Source of the DNA: Longimicrobiales bacterium | GTDB taxonomy: Bacteria > Gemmatimonadota > Gemmatimonadetes > Longimicrobiales > Gaopeijiaceae | Direction: 5' to 3' | NCBI GenBank assembly: GCA_965226375.1 | Contig: CBDDCX010000008.1 | Coordinates: 1,472,001 to 1,536,000, forward strand | DNA: 64,000 nt | Shown: positions 11,452-22,672 of the stretch, one piece after another | Layout: every line of letters begins with the position of its first letter | Position numbering within the stretch: position 1 is the stretch's first letter | The notes under the pieces: model-generated | Told to the model about the DNA's origin: nothing | Databases searched by the model: none | What the model saw: only the letters and a program-made list of their open reading frames with translations | Position numbers and translations under genes: made by a program

Positions 11452-12266
11452 CCTTTGAAGATGCTCTTGAACCTACTCCACAGCGGTTGCTCGATCACGA
11501 GCGCCGGCACAGGCAATGGTGCCTCACCCTTAAATATTCGCCCCCGATTGGTCACGCTGAGGAGTTGTAGGTGCTCTCCCCCACCGTGCTCTCGAAGAAA
11601 GGTCGAAACGTCTCTAAGGTAGATGCCCAGATGGCGCCGGGCATGGAAGTCGCTCGAAAGGTAGTCCACCCAACCACGGCCCAAGAGCGAACACGCCACG
11701 TCACGTGCCTCAGGCCCATAGCGGCCCGCGAACGAGCCTTGATTCACCTGGAGGTAGGCGCCGGCTCTCCGCCAGGTACCTGCAAGCTCGAGATCGTGCT
11801 CCATTCCCTGGTATCGCTCCGGATGTGCCAGAATCGGTCGGTACCCGTCGGCGCAGATCTTCCGGATAACGTGCTCCGTGCGGGGAGGAATCTGGAGCCG
11901 GGGCCACTCCACCAACACGAACGTGGTGCGGGCCAATCGGAGCCGAGCATCGGAGAGATCGGGGTCCGGCACATCGAGCATGATCTCGAATCCGTGATCG
12001 AATTGTAGATCCGGAAAACGCTCGCTCACTGCACCGGATACCTCCTCCCACGCAGCGTCCACCTGTTCCAGGCGTTCCTTGAGCCTCACGGGGTCGTGGG
12101 TGAGACTCGCGTTCAGGTGTGGGGTGGTACAAATCCGCCCGATACCGGCGTCGACCATCCGCTCCACCGCCTCCAGGGCCTCCTCGAGGGTGCGTGCACC
12201 GTCATCCACGCCGGGCACGAGATGACTGTGGGAGTCAGTCGTGGTCCCTGACTCGCCGAAGGGCAT
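11448..12266 (-). CDS. CpsB/CapC-family (PHP) protein-tyrosine phosphatase
   Basis: DSHSHLVPGVDDGA, TTPH, LAHPERY, SSDFH. Confidence 0.88.
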   Translation of the reverse strand: MPFGESGTTTDSHSHLVPGVDDGARTLEEALEAVERMVDAGIGRICTTPHLNASLTHDPVRLKERLEQVDAAWEEVSGAVSERFPDLQFDHGFEIMLDVPDPDLSDARLRLARTTFVLVEWPRLQIPPRTEHVIRKICADGYRPILAHPERYQGMEHDLELAGTWRRAGAYLQVNQGSFAGRYGPEARDVACSLLGRGWVDYLSSDFHARRHLGIYLRDVSTFLREHGGGEHLQLLSVTNRGRIFKGEAPLPVPALVIEQPLWSRFKSIFKG

Positions 12267-12267
12267 G

Positions 12268-12587
12268 TCACGAGCCTCTGGGCGAAGTGAAGCGGACCGC
12301 ATCGGGACGGAGTTGTGCGAGAAGGCTGGAGAGTCTTCTCTCCATGTCCTCCTCGCCGGCGGCCGCCTCGCACGCATATGTGAGCAGGGCGTCCGTGGCC
12401 AATAGGTGGAACGCCCCTTCTCGGTCACGGCCCGGCCGCGCGAGTGCCTCGTCGAGCTGGCCCAGCGCCAGCACGCCCAGTGTCTCGCTGATCGACCCGC
12501 CCTCGACAGGTCGCAGTGCGAGCCTCCGTCGTAGCTCTTCAGGTGGCGCGGGCTTCCGCTCGGCCAGCCATGCCGTCGGTTCCGCCA

Positions 12588-12588
<1 letters not shown>
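12268..12588 (-). CDS. Hypothetical protein, coupled to alaS
   Basis: 106-aa ORF. Its start overlaps the alaS stop and its stop abuts the next start. Confidence 0.7.
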
Positions 12589-15257
<2,669 letters not shown>

Positions 15258-15399
15258 GATGAGTTGAGGCCTGCTGAACAGTACAGTGGATCGCATGAAG
15301 AGCGCCGAGACCATGGGCGCCAACTATAATGACTTAACGGGCCCCACCCAACAACGAGTGGCCCCCCTCGGCAGGTCCTCCCAGCTCGGAGGGTCAACG

Positions 15400-15428
15400 A
15401 AAAAAACCCGGCCGAGGGACCGGGCTTT
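15400..15428 (-). terminator. Intrinsic terminator after recA
   Basis: Minus strand AAAGCCCGG-TCCCTCGG-CCGGGTTTTTTT. Confidence 0.75.
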
Positions 15429-15458
15429 CCGTGACTCGAGGGAGTACTCCTCGGCTTG

Positions 15459-16568
15459 TCAGCCCTCGCCGTTCGCGATGGCTTCCTTGGGAGCCTCGAC
15501 TTCCGCGGCATCTTCGACTTGGACAGCTTCGTCCCCCATTCCCAATGCCACGCGGACCCGGGCGTCCACCTCCTCGAGCACATCCGGGTTTTCCAGGAGG
15601 AACTCCCTGGTGTTTTCCTTGCCCTGGCCGAGTCGCAGGTCTCCGTACGAGTACCACGACCCCGACTTTTCGATGATCCCCTCTTCGACGCCAATATCGA
15701 CGAGAAGACTCTCGTGGCTGATGCCCACGTCGTAGAGGATGTCGAACTCGGCCTGCCTGAAAGGTGGTGCGCACTTGTTCTTCACGACTTTCACGCGGGT
15801 CCGATTGCCAACGATATCCGTTCCGTCCTTGATGGCACCGATCCTCCGGATGTCCATGCGAAGGGATGCGTAGAACTTGAGGGCCCGACCCCCGGACGTC
15901 GTTTCGGGACTCCCGAACATCACACCAATCTTCTCACGGATCTGGTTGGTAAAGATCACGGAAGTCTGCGATCGGGCGACCGCGCCCGTCAGTTTACGCA
16001 ACGCCTGGCTCATCAGCCGAGCTTGCAAACCTACGTGTGTGTCCCCCATCTCACCTTCGATCTCAGCCCGCGGAACCAGAGCCGCCACCGAGTCAATCAC
16101 CACCACGTCGACGGCGTTGCTGCGGATCAGGACCTCGGCAATCTCGAGCGCCTGCTCACCCGTATCGGGCTGGGACACGAGCAGGTTGTCCACGTCCACT
16201 CCGAGCTTCTTGGAGTACCCCACATCCAGAGCGTGCTCGGCATCTACGAATGCGGCGATCCCTCCGGCAGCCTGGGCATTGGCGATCACGTGCAGACAGA
16301 GAGTGGTCTTGCCGCTCGACTCGGGACCGTAGATCTCGGTGATGCGCCCTCTCGGGATGCCACCGATCCCGATGGCGGCATCCAGATTGATGGCGCCGGT
16401 GGGGATCGAGTCGATCTCGCTACGCATCCCGTCACCACCCATCAGCATGATCGAGCCCTTCCCATAGGAACGCTCTATCTGGGTGATGGCCGTCGAAAGG
16501 GCCTTCTTCTTCTTGTCGCTCACTATATTGGTGACTTCTACGGTATTGGTGACTTCTACGGTCGACAT
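15459..16568 (-). CDS. recA: Recombinase RecA
   Basis: [48 protein letters not shown]. Confidence 0.99.
   Translation of the reverse strand: MSTVEVTNTVEVTNIVSDKKKKALSTAITQIERSYGKGSIMLMGGDGMRSEIDSIPTGAINLDAAIGIGGIPRGRITEIYGPESSGKTTLCLHVIANAQAAGGIAAFVDAEHALDVGYSKKLGVDVDNLLVSQPDTGEQALEIAEVLIRSNAVDVVVIDSVAALVPRAEIEGEMGDTHVGLQARLMSQALRKLTGAVARSQTSVIFTNQIREKIGVMFGSPETTSGGRALKFYASLRMDIRRIGAIKDGTDIVGNRTRVKVVKNKCAPPFRQAEFDILYDVGISHESLLVDIGVEEGIIEKSGSWYSYGDLRLGQGKENTREFLLENPDVLEEVDARVRVALGMGDEAVQVEDAAEVEAPKEAIANGEG
16526..16561. repeat. Perfect 18-bp tandem duplication in the recA 5' end
   Basis: TATTGGTGACTTCTACGG x2, encoding TVEVTN twice. Confidence 0.9.
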
Positions 16569-16758
16569 TCCATCCTCGCGGAAAAAACAGTGGGGTCGGC
16601 AGCTATCTTACAACACCCGAAGAGAAAGCGAAAGTCCCTTGACGTCCGGCGCCGACGCAGGTGCAAGGTAAAGCGCGCCGGCGGGCCTGGGAATGTCACT
16701 ACACGACGTTCGCGTATGAGACCGCATGGTGTCAGCTTGGGAACCGCACCACAGGTCA

Positions 16759-16797
16759 ACGGGTTGGTGCACCGAGACGGGTGGGTGCACCGAAACG
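16759..16797. repeat. 18-bp direct repeat, each unit containing palindrome GGTGCACC
   Basis: ACGGGTTGGTGCACCGAG / ACGGGTGGGTGCACCGAA / ACG. Confidence 0.8.
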
Positions 16798-16840
16798 ATG
16801 GTCCAGAACGTATCCCGTCGAACGGCTTCATGGGTGGCGC

Positions 16841-18253
16841 ATGACCGTACAGGAACATGATCTCATCGCCGTGGGGGGCGGAACCGCAGGCCTTGTGAGC
16901 GCAGCGGGTGCCGCCTACCTGGGCGCGCACCCTGCCCTCGTGGAAAAGGTTGCGCTGGGGGGTGACTGCCTGTGGACAGGTTGTGTGCCCTCAAAAGCTC
17001 TCCTCGCTTCGGCCCGCCTGGCTCATGCGATGCGTAATGCCGAATCTCTCGGGTTGCAGGGTTCGCCCCCGAGCCAGGTGTTCTGCAAGGTCATGGAGAG
17101 GATGCGTGCGGCCCGCGAAACCGTCGCCCGCCACGACGACCCGGAGCGCTTTCGGTCCATGGGGGTCGACGTCCGATTCGGGATCGCCCGGTTCGTGGGG
17201 CCCGACACGCTCGATGTGGAGGGCGTGGGGACGCTCAAGTCGAAGCGAATCATCGTGGCGACCGGAGCCCGACCGGCCATTCCGCCCATTCCGGGTCTCG
17301 AGGAGGCCGGCTACCAGACTCACGAGACGATCTTCGATCTGCAAATCCACCCCCAAAGAGTGGGGATCCTCGGTGGAGGGCCCGTCGGGCTGGAGTTCTC
17401 GCAGGTCTTCAACCGGTTGGGATCCGAGGTGGTCGTGCTCGAAATGCTCGACCGCATCCTTCCGAGTGAGGATCCCGACGTTGCCGACGCGCTACTCGTG
17501 ATCCTGAAACGCGAGGGCATAAGTATAGAGCTCGGCGCGCGGGTGGTACGCATCGAGGTCGAAGCCGGGAAGAAGGTGATGGTCAGGGAAGACGGTCGCC
17601 GCTTCGCCGTGGACGAAATTCTGGTAGCCACCGGAAGACAGCCCAATACAGAGGGACTCGACCTGGAGCGTGCTGGAGTCGAGCAGGAGGGCAAGGCCAT
17701 CCGGGTGGATTCCAGTCTTCGCACCTCGAACCGCCGAATCTGGGCAGCCGGTGACGTCACCGGAGGCCTACAGTTTACGCAAGTGGCCGAATATATGGCC
17801 AAGAAAGCACTCCGGAACGCGCTGCTCCCGCTCAACTCCCACGTCGATTACCGGCACGTCCCATGGGTGACCTACACGGATCCGGAAGTCGCACACGTTG
17901 GTCTGAGTGCGGAGGAGGCATCCGCTCGGGGTGCCGATACCTATACGTATCACTTCGACGACCTGGACAGAGCCATCACGGACGCCCGAACCGACGGATT
18001 CGTGAAAATCTCGGCGGACTCCAAGGGTCGCATCCTCGGAGCGACCATCCTCGGCCACGGGGCAGGAGAGCTGCTACAGCCCATCGTTCTGGCGATGACC
18101 CATGGACTGTCACTCTCCAAGGTCGCGGACACCGTCTTTCCGTATCCGACGATGGTGGAAGGAGTCAAGCGGGCCGCCAACGCCTTTCAGCGAACCCGTC
18201 TCGAGGGTACGGGCGGACGTGCCTTGAAGAAAGTGATTTCATGGTTGACGTGA
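16841..18253 (+). CDS. FAD-dependent pyridine nucleotide-disulfide oxidoreductase, MerA/LpdA-like (no C-terminal Cys pair)
   Basis: GGGTAG, GGDCLWTGCVPSK, GGGPVGLE, AAGDV, FPYPTMVEG. Confidence 0.88.
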   Translation: MTVQEHDLIAVGGGTAGLVSAAGAAYLGAHPALVEKVALGGDCLWTGCVPSKALLASARLAHAMRNAESLGLQGSPPSQVFCKVMERMRAARETVARHDDPERFRSMGVDVRFGIARFVGPDTLDVEGVGTLKSKRIIVATGARPAIPPIPGLEEAGYQTHETIFDLQIHPQRVGILGGGPVGLEFSQVFNRLGSEVVVLEMLDRILPSEDPDVADALLVILKREGISIELGARVVRIEVEAGKKVMVREDGRRFAVDEILVATGRQPNTEGLDLERAGVEQEGKAIRVDSSLRTSNRRIWAAGDVTGGLQFTQVAEYMAKKALRNALLPLNSHVDYRHVPWVTYTDPEVAHVGLSAEEASARGADTYTYHFDDLDRAITDARTDGFVKISADSKGRILGATILGHGAGELLQPIVLAMTHGLSLSKVADTVFPYPTMVEGVKRAANAFQRTRLEGTGGRALKKVISWLT

Positions 18254-19743
18254 ACGACGGGGCCAGCGCTGGCAGACGGGCCTATGTGAAGCTTACCCTC
18301 TTCGCCCTTCTCATCGTGAGCGGGTTCCTGTTGGCCCGCTTCACTCCGCTCGGCGCTCTCCTCACACAGGAAGGTCTCAGCCATGCCATCGGAGAACTTC
18401 GGGGCTCGGTGTGGGCTCCCGTCCTGTTCATCTCCCTATACGCCGGGGCCACGGCCATGGCGATTCCCGGCACGATTCTGACCCTGGCGGGGGGTGTCCT
18501 GTTCGGTTTCTTCTGGGGGACGGTGTTCAATACGATCGCAGCGAATATCGGCGCCAACATGGCCTTCTTGGCGGCGAGGTTCTTGGGACGTGAGGGGATC
18601 GAAAAGCTCTCCGGACGAAAGCTGAAGAAGCTGGACGAGGCAACCAGGGAGCACGGATTCCGGGGCCTTTTCCTGCTGCGTCTGGTCCCGTTGGTGCCGT
18701 TCAACGCCCTGAATTTCGGATCCGGGCTCACTGCCCTTCGGTGGCGTACGTATGCACTGGCCACCGTAATCGGCATCTTCCCGGGCACGGTCGTGTATAC
18801 GATGTTCGCCGACGCGCTACTCCAGGGCTCGCAGGAAGCCTCACGCGAGGCCCTGGTCCGGGTCCTGATTTCCGGCGCTCTGCTGGTCTTCCTCAGCTTC
18901 CTGCCGACGATTATGAAGAAACTCAACGTAAAGGTTCCGGGACTCTCGCCGCTGCTCGTGGCGCTGCTACTCATCCCGGGTGCTGTGTCAGGACAGGTGA
19001 GTGGAAGCCTGCCGGACCACTCCGCTTTCAGCGGTGTGCTCGAGCATACGGTCAAGGCACCTCTGGTCGACTACGCCGCACTCAAGGCCAACCGCAACGA
19101 CCTCGACGCGTATCTGGAGGAGATGGCGAACACGGACATGGACGTGCTGGCAGCGGCCTCTCCCTCCGCCCGCTTGGCCTTCTGGATCAACGCGTACAAC
19201 GCCTGCATGCTTCAGCAAGTCATCGATCACTATCCGATCCAGAAGAACAGGGGCCTTCTGAGCCGGGCCACGAACGCGATCATGGACCGACCCGCGAACT
19301 CGGTGTGGCAGATTCCCGACATATTCAAGCGCGAGCACTGTAACGTCGCCGGCAAGGTGCGCTCCCAGGACCAGATCGAGCACGAGATCATCCGGCCCAT
19401 GGGTGACCCGAGGATCCACTTTGCGGTGAACTGTGCCGCCATGAGTTGTCCGCCACTTCAGACTTGGGCTTACACGGCCCAGGACCTGGACGAGCAGTTG
19501 GACGGGATCGTAAGGGATTTTACGGCCAACCCGGCTCATTTCGAGCTCGCAGCGGGAGAGCCTTCCACGCTCCGGCTGAACAAGGTCCTGGATTGGTACG
19601 GTGACGATTTCGGAGGAACGGACGGCCTCCTCGAATTCTTCGCGTCCTACCTCCCCGGGCAGGATGGGGACGCCCGGATCGGTCCTGATACCAAGATCGA
19701 GTTCTTCGACTACGACTGGACTCTGAACGACGTTCCTCGCTGA
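18241..19743 (+). CDS. TVP38/TMEM64 (VTT/DedA) domain fused to a DUF547 domain
   Basis: N-terminal half has PGTILTLAGGVLFG and LRLVPLVPFNALN. C-terminal half has VDYAAL, LAFWINAYNA, IEHEIIR, DPRIHFAVNCAAMSCPPL, YDWTLN. It is one uninterrupted ORF. Confidence 0.85.
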   Translation: MVDVNDGASAGRRAYVKLTLFALLIVSGFLLARFTPLGALLTQEGLSHAIGELRGSVWAPVLFISLYAGATAMAIPGTILTLAGGVLFGFFWGTVFNTIAANIGANMAFLAARFLGREGIEKLSGRKLKKLDEATREHGFRGLFLLRLVPLVPFNALNFGSGLTALRWRTYALATVIGIFPGTVVYTMFADALLQGSQEASREALVRVLISGALLVFLSFLPTIMKKLNVKVPGLSPLLVALLLIPGAVSGQVSGSLPDHSAFSGVLEHTVKAPLVDYAALKANRNDLDAYLEEMANTDMDVLAAASPSARLAFWINAYNACMLQQVIDHYPIQKNRGLLSRATNAIMDRPANSVWQIPDIFKREHCNVAGKVRSQDQIEHEIIRPMGDPRIHFAVNCAAMSCPPLQTWAYTAQDLDEQLDGIVRDFTANPAHFELAAGEPSTLRLNKVLDWYGDDFGGTDGLLEFFASYLPGQDGDARIGPDTKIEFFDYDWTLNDVPR

Positions 19744-19753
19744 CGAGGCATCC

Positions 19754-21049
19754 GTGACGAGCACTGGACGCGCGTCGCCGAAGTGCCTCGGGGTGGTGAT
19801 CCCTACGCTCAACGAGGCCGAGTACCTCCCTTCCCTGCTGGCCGACCTTGCTCAGTTGACCACCGAGCACGAAGTCGTCGTATGCGACGGCGGATCGACG
19901 GACGCAACGCGGGAGCTGGCGCGCGCCGGCGGTGCCACAGTCGTTGTAGCGAGGAGAGGACGGGCGCATCAGATGAACGCCGGAGCCCGCGTCCTCGACA
20001 CCCCTTGGTTGCTGATGATGCACGCCGACTCGCGACTCCCCTCTGCGGCGAGAGAGTGCCTCGTCCGCCGCCTGGCGGACGCATCCGAGACAAGGCCCGG
20101 GTACTTCCGTTTTCGCCTCGACGGGGAGGACTGGTTCTGGCGATTCATCGAGCTGGGGCAGTATCTGAGAGAGCGTATCACGGGCCTGGCCTATGGCGAC
20201 CAGGGGCTGCTGGTACGCAGAGTCGACCTGGAGGCCGTCCAAGGTTATCCGGTGATCCCGCTCCTGGAGGACGTGGCCCTCGTGCGTACGCTGTGCGCCA
20301 GGGGACCCGTAGAGCGTCTGCCCGCCCCACTCCCGACCAGTCCCCGTCGCTTCCAGGAAGAAGGCCGCTGGCGTGCCTGGTTCAGGAACACGGGAGTGCT
20401 GGCGATGACCCTCCTGGGAGTGGCCCCCGGCAAGCTGGCGGGCTTCCATCCTACGCGAGGAACGACAGCTCCCGCCGGCCGGCTCGCCCTCGCCTTCACC
20501 AAGGCCCCGAGACCCGGCGAAGTCAAGACGCGCCTCGCGGTGGGAATCGGCGAGGAGGCCGCCGCCGACCTGTACGCCACGATGGCGTCGGACGCCATGG
20601 ACCGCCTCCGGTCGCCGGCGTACGACCTGTTCGTTTGCTACGACCCGCCCTCTGCGGCGAGTGAGGTTCAGGCCTGGCTAGGAGACGGCATCACCCTCAC
20701 ACCACAGGCATCAGGGAACCTTGGGCATCGCCTGTGGTCTGCCGTGCGTGATGGTCTGGAGATAGCGACTCAGGTGTGCGTGGTGGGCACGGACGTTCCC
20801 GACCTCGACGACGCGCTCGTGAAGGAAGCGTTCGACGAGCTGTCGGAGGCCGACGTGGTCATCGGCCCCGCCGCCGACGGAGGGTACTACCTCCTGGCAC
20901 TCCAGCGTCCCATTCCGGAACTGTTCGAGGACATCCCCTGGAGCACGCCCGAGGTGCTGGACCGCACCTTGGACGTAGCTCGCAAGTTGGGCCTGACCGT
21001 ACACACGCTCAGGACCTTGAGCGACGTGGACACGGTCGCCGACCTGTAG
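19754..21049 (+). CDS. Fused TIGR04283-like GT2 + TIGR04282-like (DUF2064) glycosyltransferase
   Basis: First half has VVIPTLNE, DGGSTD, GRAHQMNAGA, HADS, YGDQG, LLEDV, TSPRR. Second half has FTKAPRPGEVKTRL, GTDVP, VIGPAADGGYYL, IPWST, DVDTVADL. Confidence 0.88.
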   Translation: MTSTGRASPKCLGVVIPTLNEAEYLPSLLADLAQLTTEHEVVVCDGGSTDATRELARAGGATVVVARRGRAHQMNAGARVLDTPWLLMMHADSRLPSAARECLVRRLADASETRPGYFRFRLDGEDWFWRFIELGQYLRERITGLAYGDQGLLVRRVDLEAVQGYPVIPLLEDVALVRTLCARGPVERLPAPLPTSPRRFQEEGRWRAWFRNTGVLAMTLLGVAPGKLAGFHPTRGTTAPAGRLALAFTKAPRPGEVKTRLAVGIGEEAAADLYATMASDAMDRLRSPAYDLFVCYDPPSAASEVQAWLGDGITLTPQASGNLGHRLWSAVRDGLEIATQVCVVGTDVPDLDDALVKEAFDELSEADVVIGPAADGGYYLLALQRPIPELFEDIPWSTPEVLDRTLDVARKLGLTVHTLRTLSDVDTVADL

Positions 21050-21064
21050 CGCCCGGTGTCTTAC

Positions 21065-21089
21065 GGAACCCCGCCACACCTGGGGTTCC
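21065..21089. terminator. Hairpin between convergent genes
   Basis: GGAACCCC-N9-GGGGTTCC, with no strong U tract. Confidence 0.4.
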
Positions 21090-21092
21090 TCC

Positions 21093-22445
21093 CTAAGAGC
21101 CGACCCCATACGCTTTCCACACCCCGGGGCGTACGGGCACGTAGAGAACCTCCCATGGCTCCCGTACGTTTCGCATCACAAAAAGGGAAACGCCCATGTG
21201 CTCGGACACCTTCCGGATGGCGTCACAGCTGAGCCGCACCGGTGCCGGCGACGGGTCGAATTCACGTCCATCGAACGGAATCGACTCGCCTGATTCAAAC
21301 CAGGGGCGACCCTCCGCATATGTACCGGCGAAGTCGATGGCGGGCCTCAACTCCTCTAGAGGAACCCGCCTGGGACCCACCAGGGTCGCGCCCCCCTTCG
21401 TGGTGAACACCTCGACCGACGCACCCGTCGCCAGGCACAACGTGGTGGGCACACCTGTGGGGGGCGTTGGCCTCACCACGACCGTATCGGGTGGCGGGGC
21501 GGGTAGTACGACGACCTCTCCCACCGGCCGATCGCGCAGCGTGGCCTTACAGAGATGGGCACCGCAGAATGCCATCGACACCTTCAGGCCGAACTTCGAG
21601 CTCCGGTAAACCGAAGCGTCCGTGGAATAATTCACGCCCAGTACGTGCGCTCCGACGACGACGCCATCCAGGTCCAGCTCCCCTCCCAGATTCAGGTCGA
21701 ATCCGTTGTACTCACCCAGGACGGTGAAGATCTTGCTTCGCCCCACCTGGAGATGCCACGCGGCGCCGGCAAACCAACCTTCGCTGTCGGAGAACTCGTG
21801 CCATTCGAGTTCGTCGCCTTCCTTGAAGAGCCCGTTTCCCCATCCTGCGCTCAGCGTAAAGTCGTGCTTCGGGAGAAACCCCGCCCCGAGACCGGGAAGA
21901 TCCGCTCCGGCCACGGCGTAGAAGGAAAACTCGGTATCGATGCTCGACGTGCCGATCCGGTCCCGTACCCTTCGATCGGCCCTCCCCAAGCGAGTCGGGG
22001 CGTAGTCGACGCCGTCTCCGAAATCGGGGCTATTGAGGTATCGACCGCCCACCGCCAGGCCCAATCCGTGCACCTGGGGGTTGAGGAAGGTGAAACGTCC
22101 GAAGGCGCCCCAGAGAGTGCCACCGCCCTCCGTTCCCTCGAGCGAATGGACCGTCGCCCCCACCTCGAGCAGGTCGAAGAGGCCGAGGGCCAGCGCCAGA
22201 TCGCCGTTCCAGCCACCCTCGAACGGCTCGGTCCCGGTGATCTCACCGTCCCCGTCCGTGGCAAAATCGACGTCGTTGCTGGTCCAGAATCCGGAATACG
22301 TGCCGGTGAGTGCCATGTGCGGAAGGACGGATGCGACCGGAATGTCCAGCAAGCCCGAGCCGTGCCGTAACGTACCGGAGACCTTGGTAGACTGCGCTGA
22401 CGCCGCCAGGGGCAGTGTGAGCAAAATTGCGATCGTACGAATCAT
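21093..22445 (-). CDS. Exported putative outer-membrane beta-barrel (YjbH-like N-terminus) with Pro-rich linker and uncharacterised C-terminal domain
   Basis: Signal peptide MIRTIAILLTLPLAASA-Q, GSGLLDIPVA, alternating aromatic/Gly strands, PAPPPDT linker. An alternative start lies at 22478. Confidence 0.6.
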   Translation of the reverse strand: MIRTIAILLTLPLAASAQSTKVSGTLRHGSGLLDIPVASVLPHMALTGTYSGFWTSNDVDFATDGDGEITGTEPFEGGWNGDLALALGLFDLLEVGATVHSLEGTEGGGTLWGAFGRFTFLNPQVHGLGLAVGGRYLNSPDFGDGVDYAPTRLGRADRRVRDRIGTSSIDTEFSFYAVAGADLPGLGAGFLPKHDFTLSAGWGNGLFKEGDELEWHEFSDSEGWFAGAAWHLQVGRSKIFTVLGEYNGFDLNLGGELDLDGVVVGAHVLGVNYSTDASVYRSSKFGLKVSMAFCGAHLCKATLRDRPVGEVVVLPAPPPDTVVVRPTPPTGVPTTLCLATGASVEVFTTKGGATLVGPRRVPLEELRPAIDFAGTYAEGRPWFESGESIPFDGREFDPSPAPVRLSCDAIRKVSEHMGVSLFVMRNVREPWEVLYVPVRPGVWKAYGVGS

Positions 22446-22556
22446 CGTTACACGAGTCCTCTCGAGCGTGGTCTTCATGACGGCGGCCTCCCTTCGATCG
22501 TCCAGCCTCCCGCGTCGGTTGGGGGCATCCGAACGATCCCCCACCCTAATCACCTT

Positions 22557-22571
22557 GCCAGATGCGTGCCA
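22557..22571 (-). promoter_or_regulatory. Putative sigma54 (-24/-12) promoter
   Basis: Minus strand TGGCACGCATCTGGC (GG-N10-GC). An IHF-like AATCAAGGGGTAT lies at 22627-22639. Confidence 0.5.
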
Positions 22572-22672
22572 CAACACCCACGGACCTCGGTAACGGTTGC
22601 ACGGCCGAGTTCGCTGCGTACGTTCGATACCCCTTGATTTTGCCACCCTTCAGCGCGGCACGAGAACGATCG

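Noticed and set aside
16569..16840. LexA (SOS) box upstream of recA
   Set aside because: No clear match to the CTGT-N8-ACAG, GAAC-N4-GTTC or GTTC-N7-GTTC types.
16841..18253. Calling the flavoprotein merA or lpdA
   Set aside because: It lacks the C-terminal Cys-Cys pair and any mer operon context, and also lacks the His of the LpdA dyad.
19741..19756. Selenocysteine readthrough of the TGA ending the VTT-DUF547 gene
   Set aside because: The protein ends at the normal DUF547 terminus (YDWTLND) and the next gene is in a different frame.
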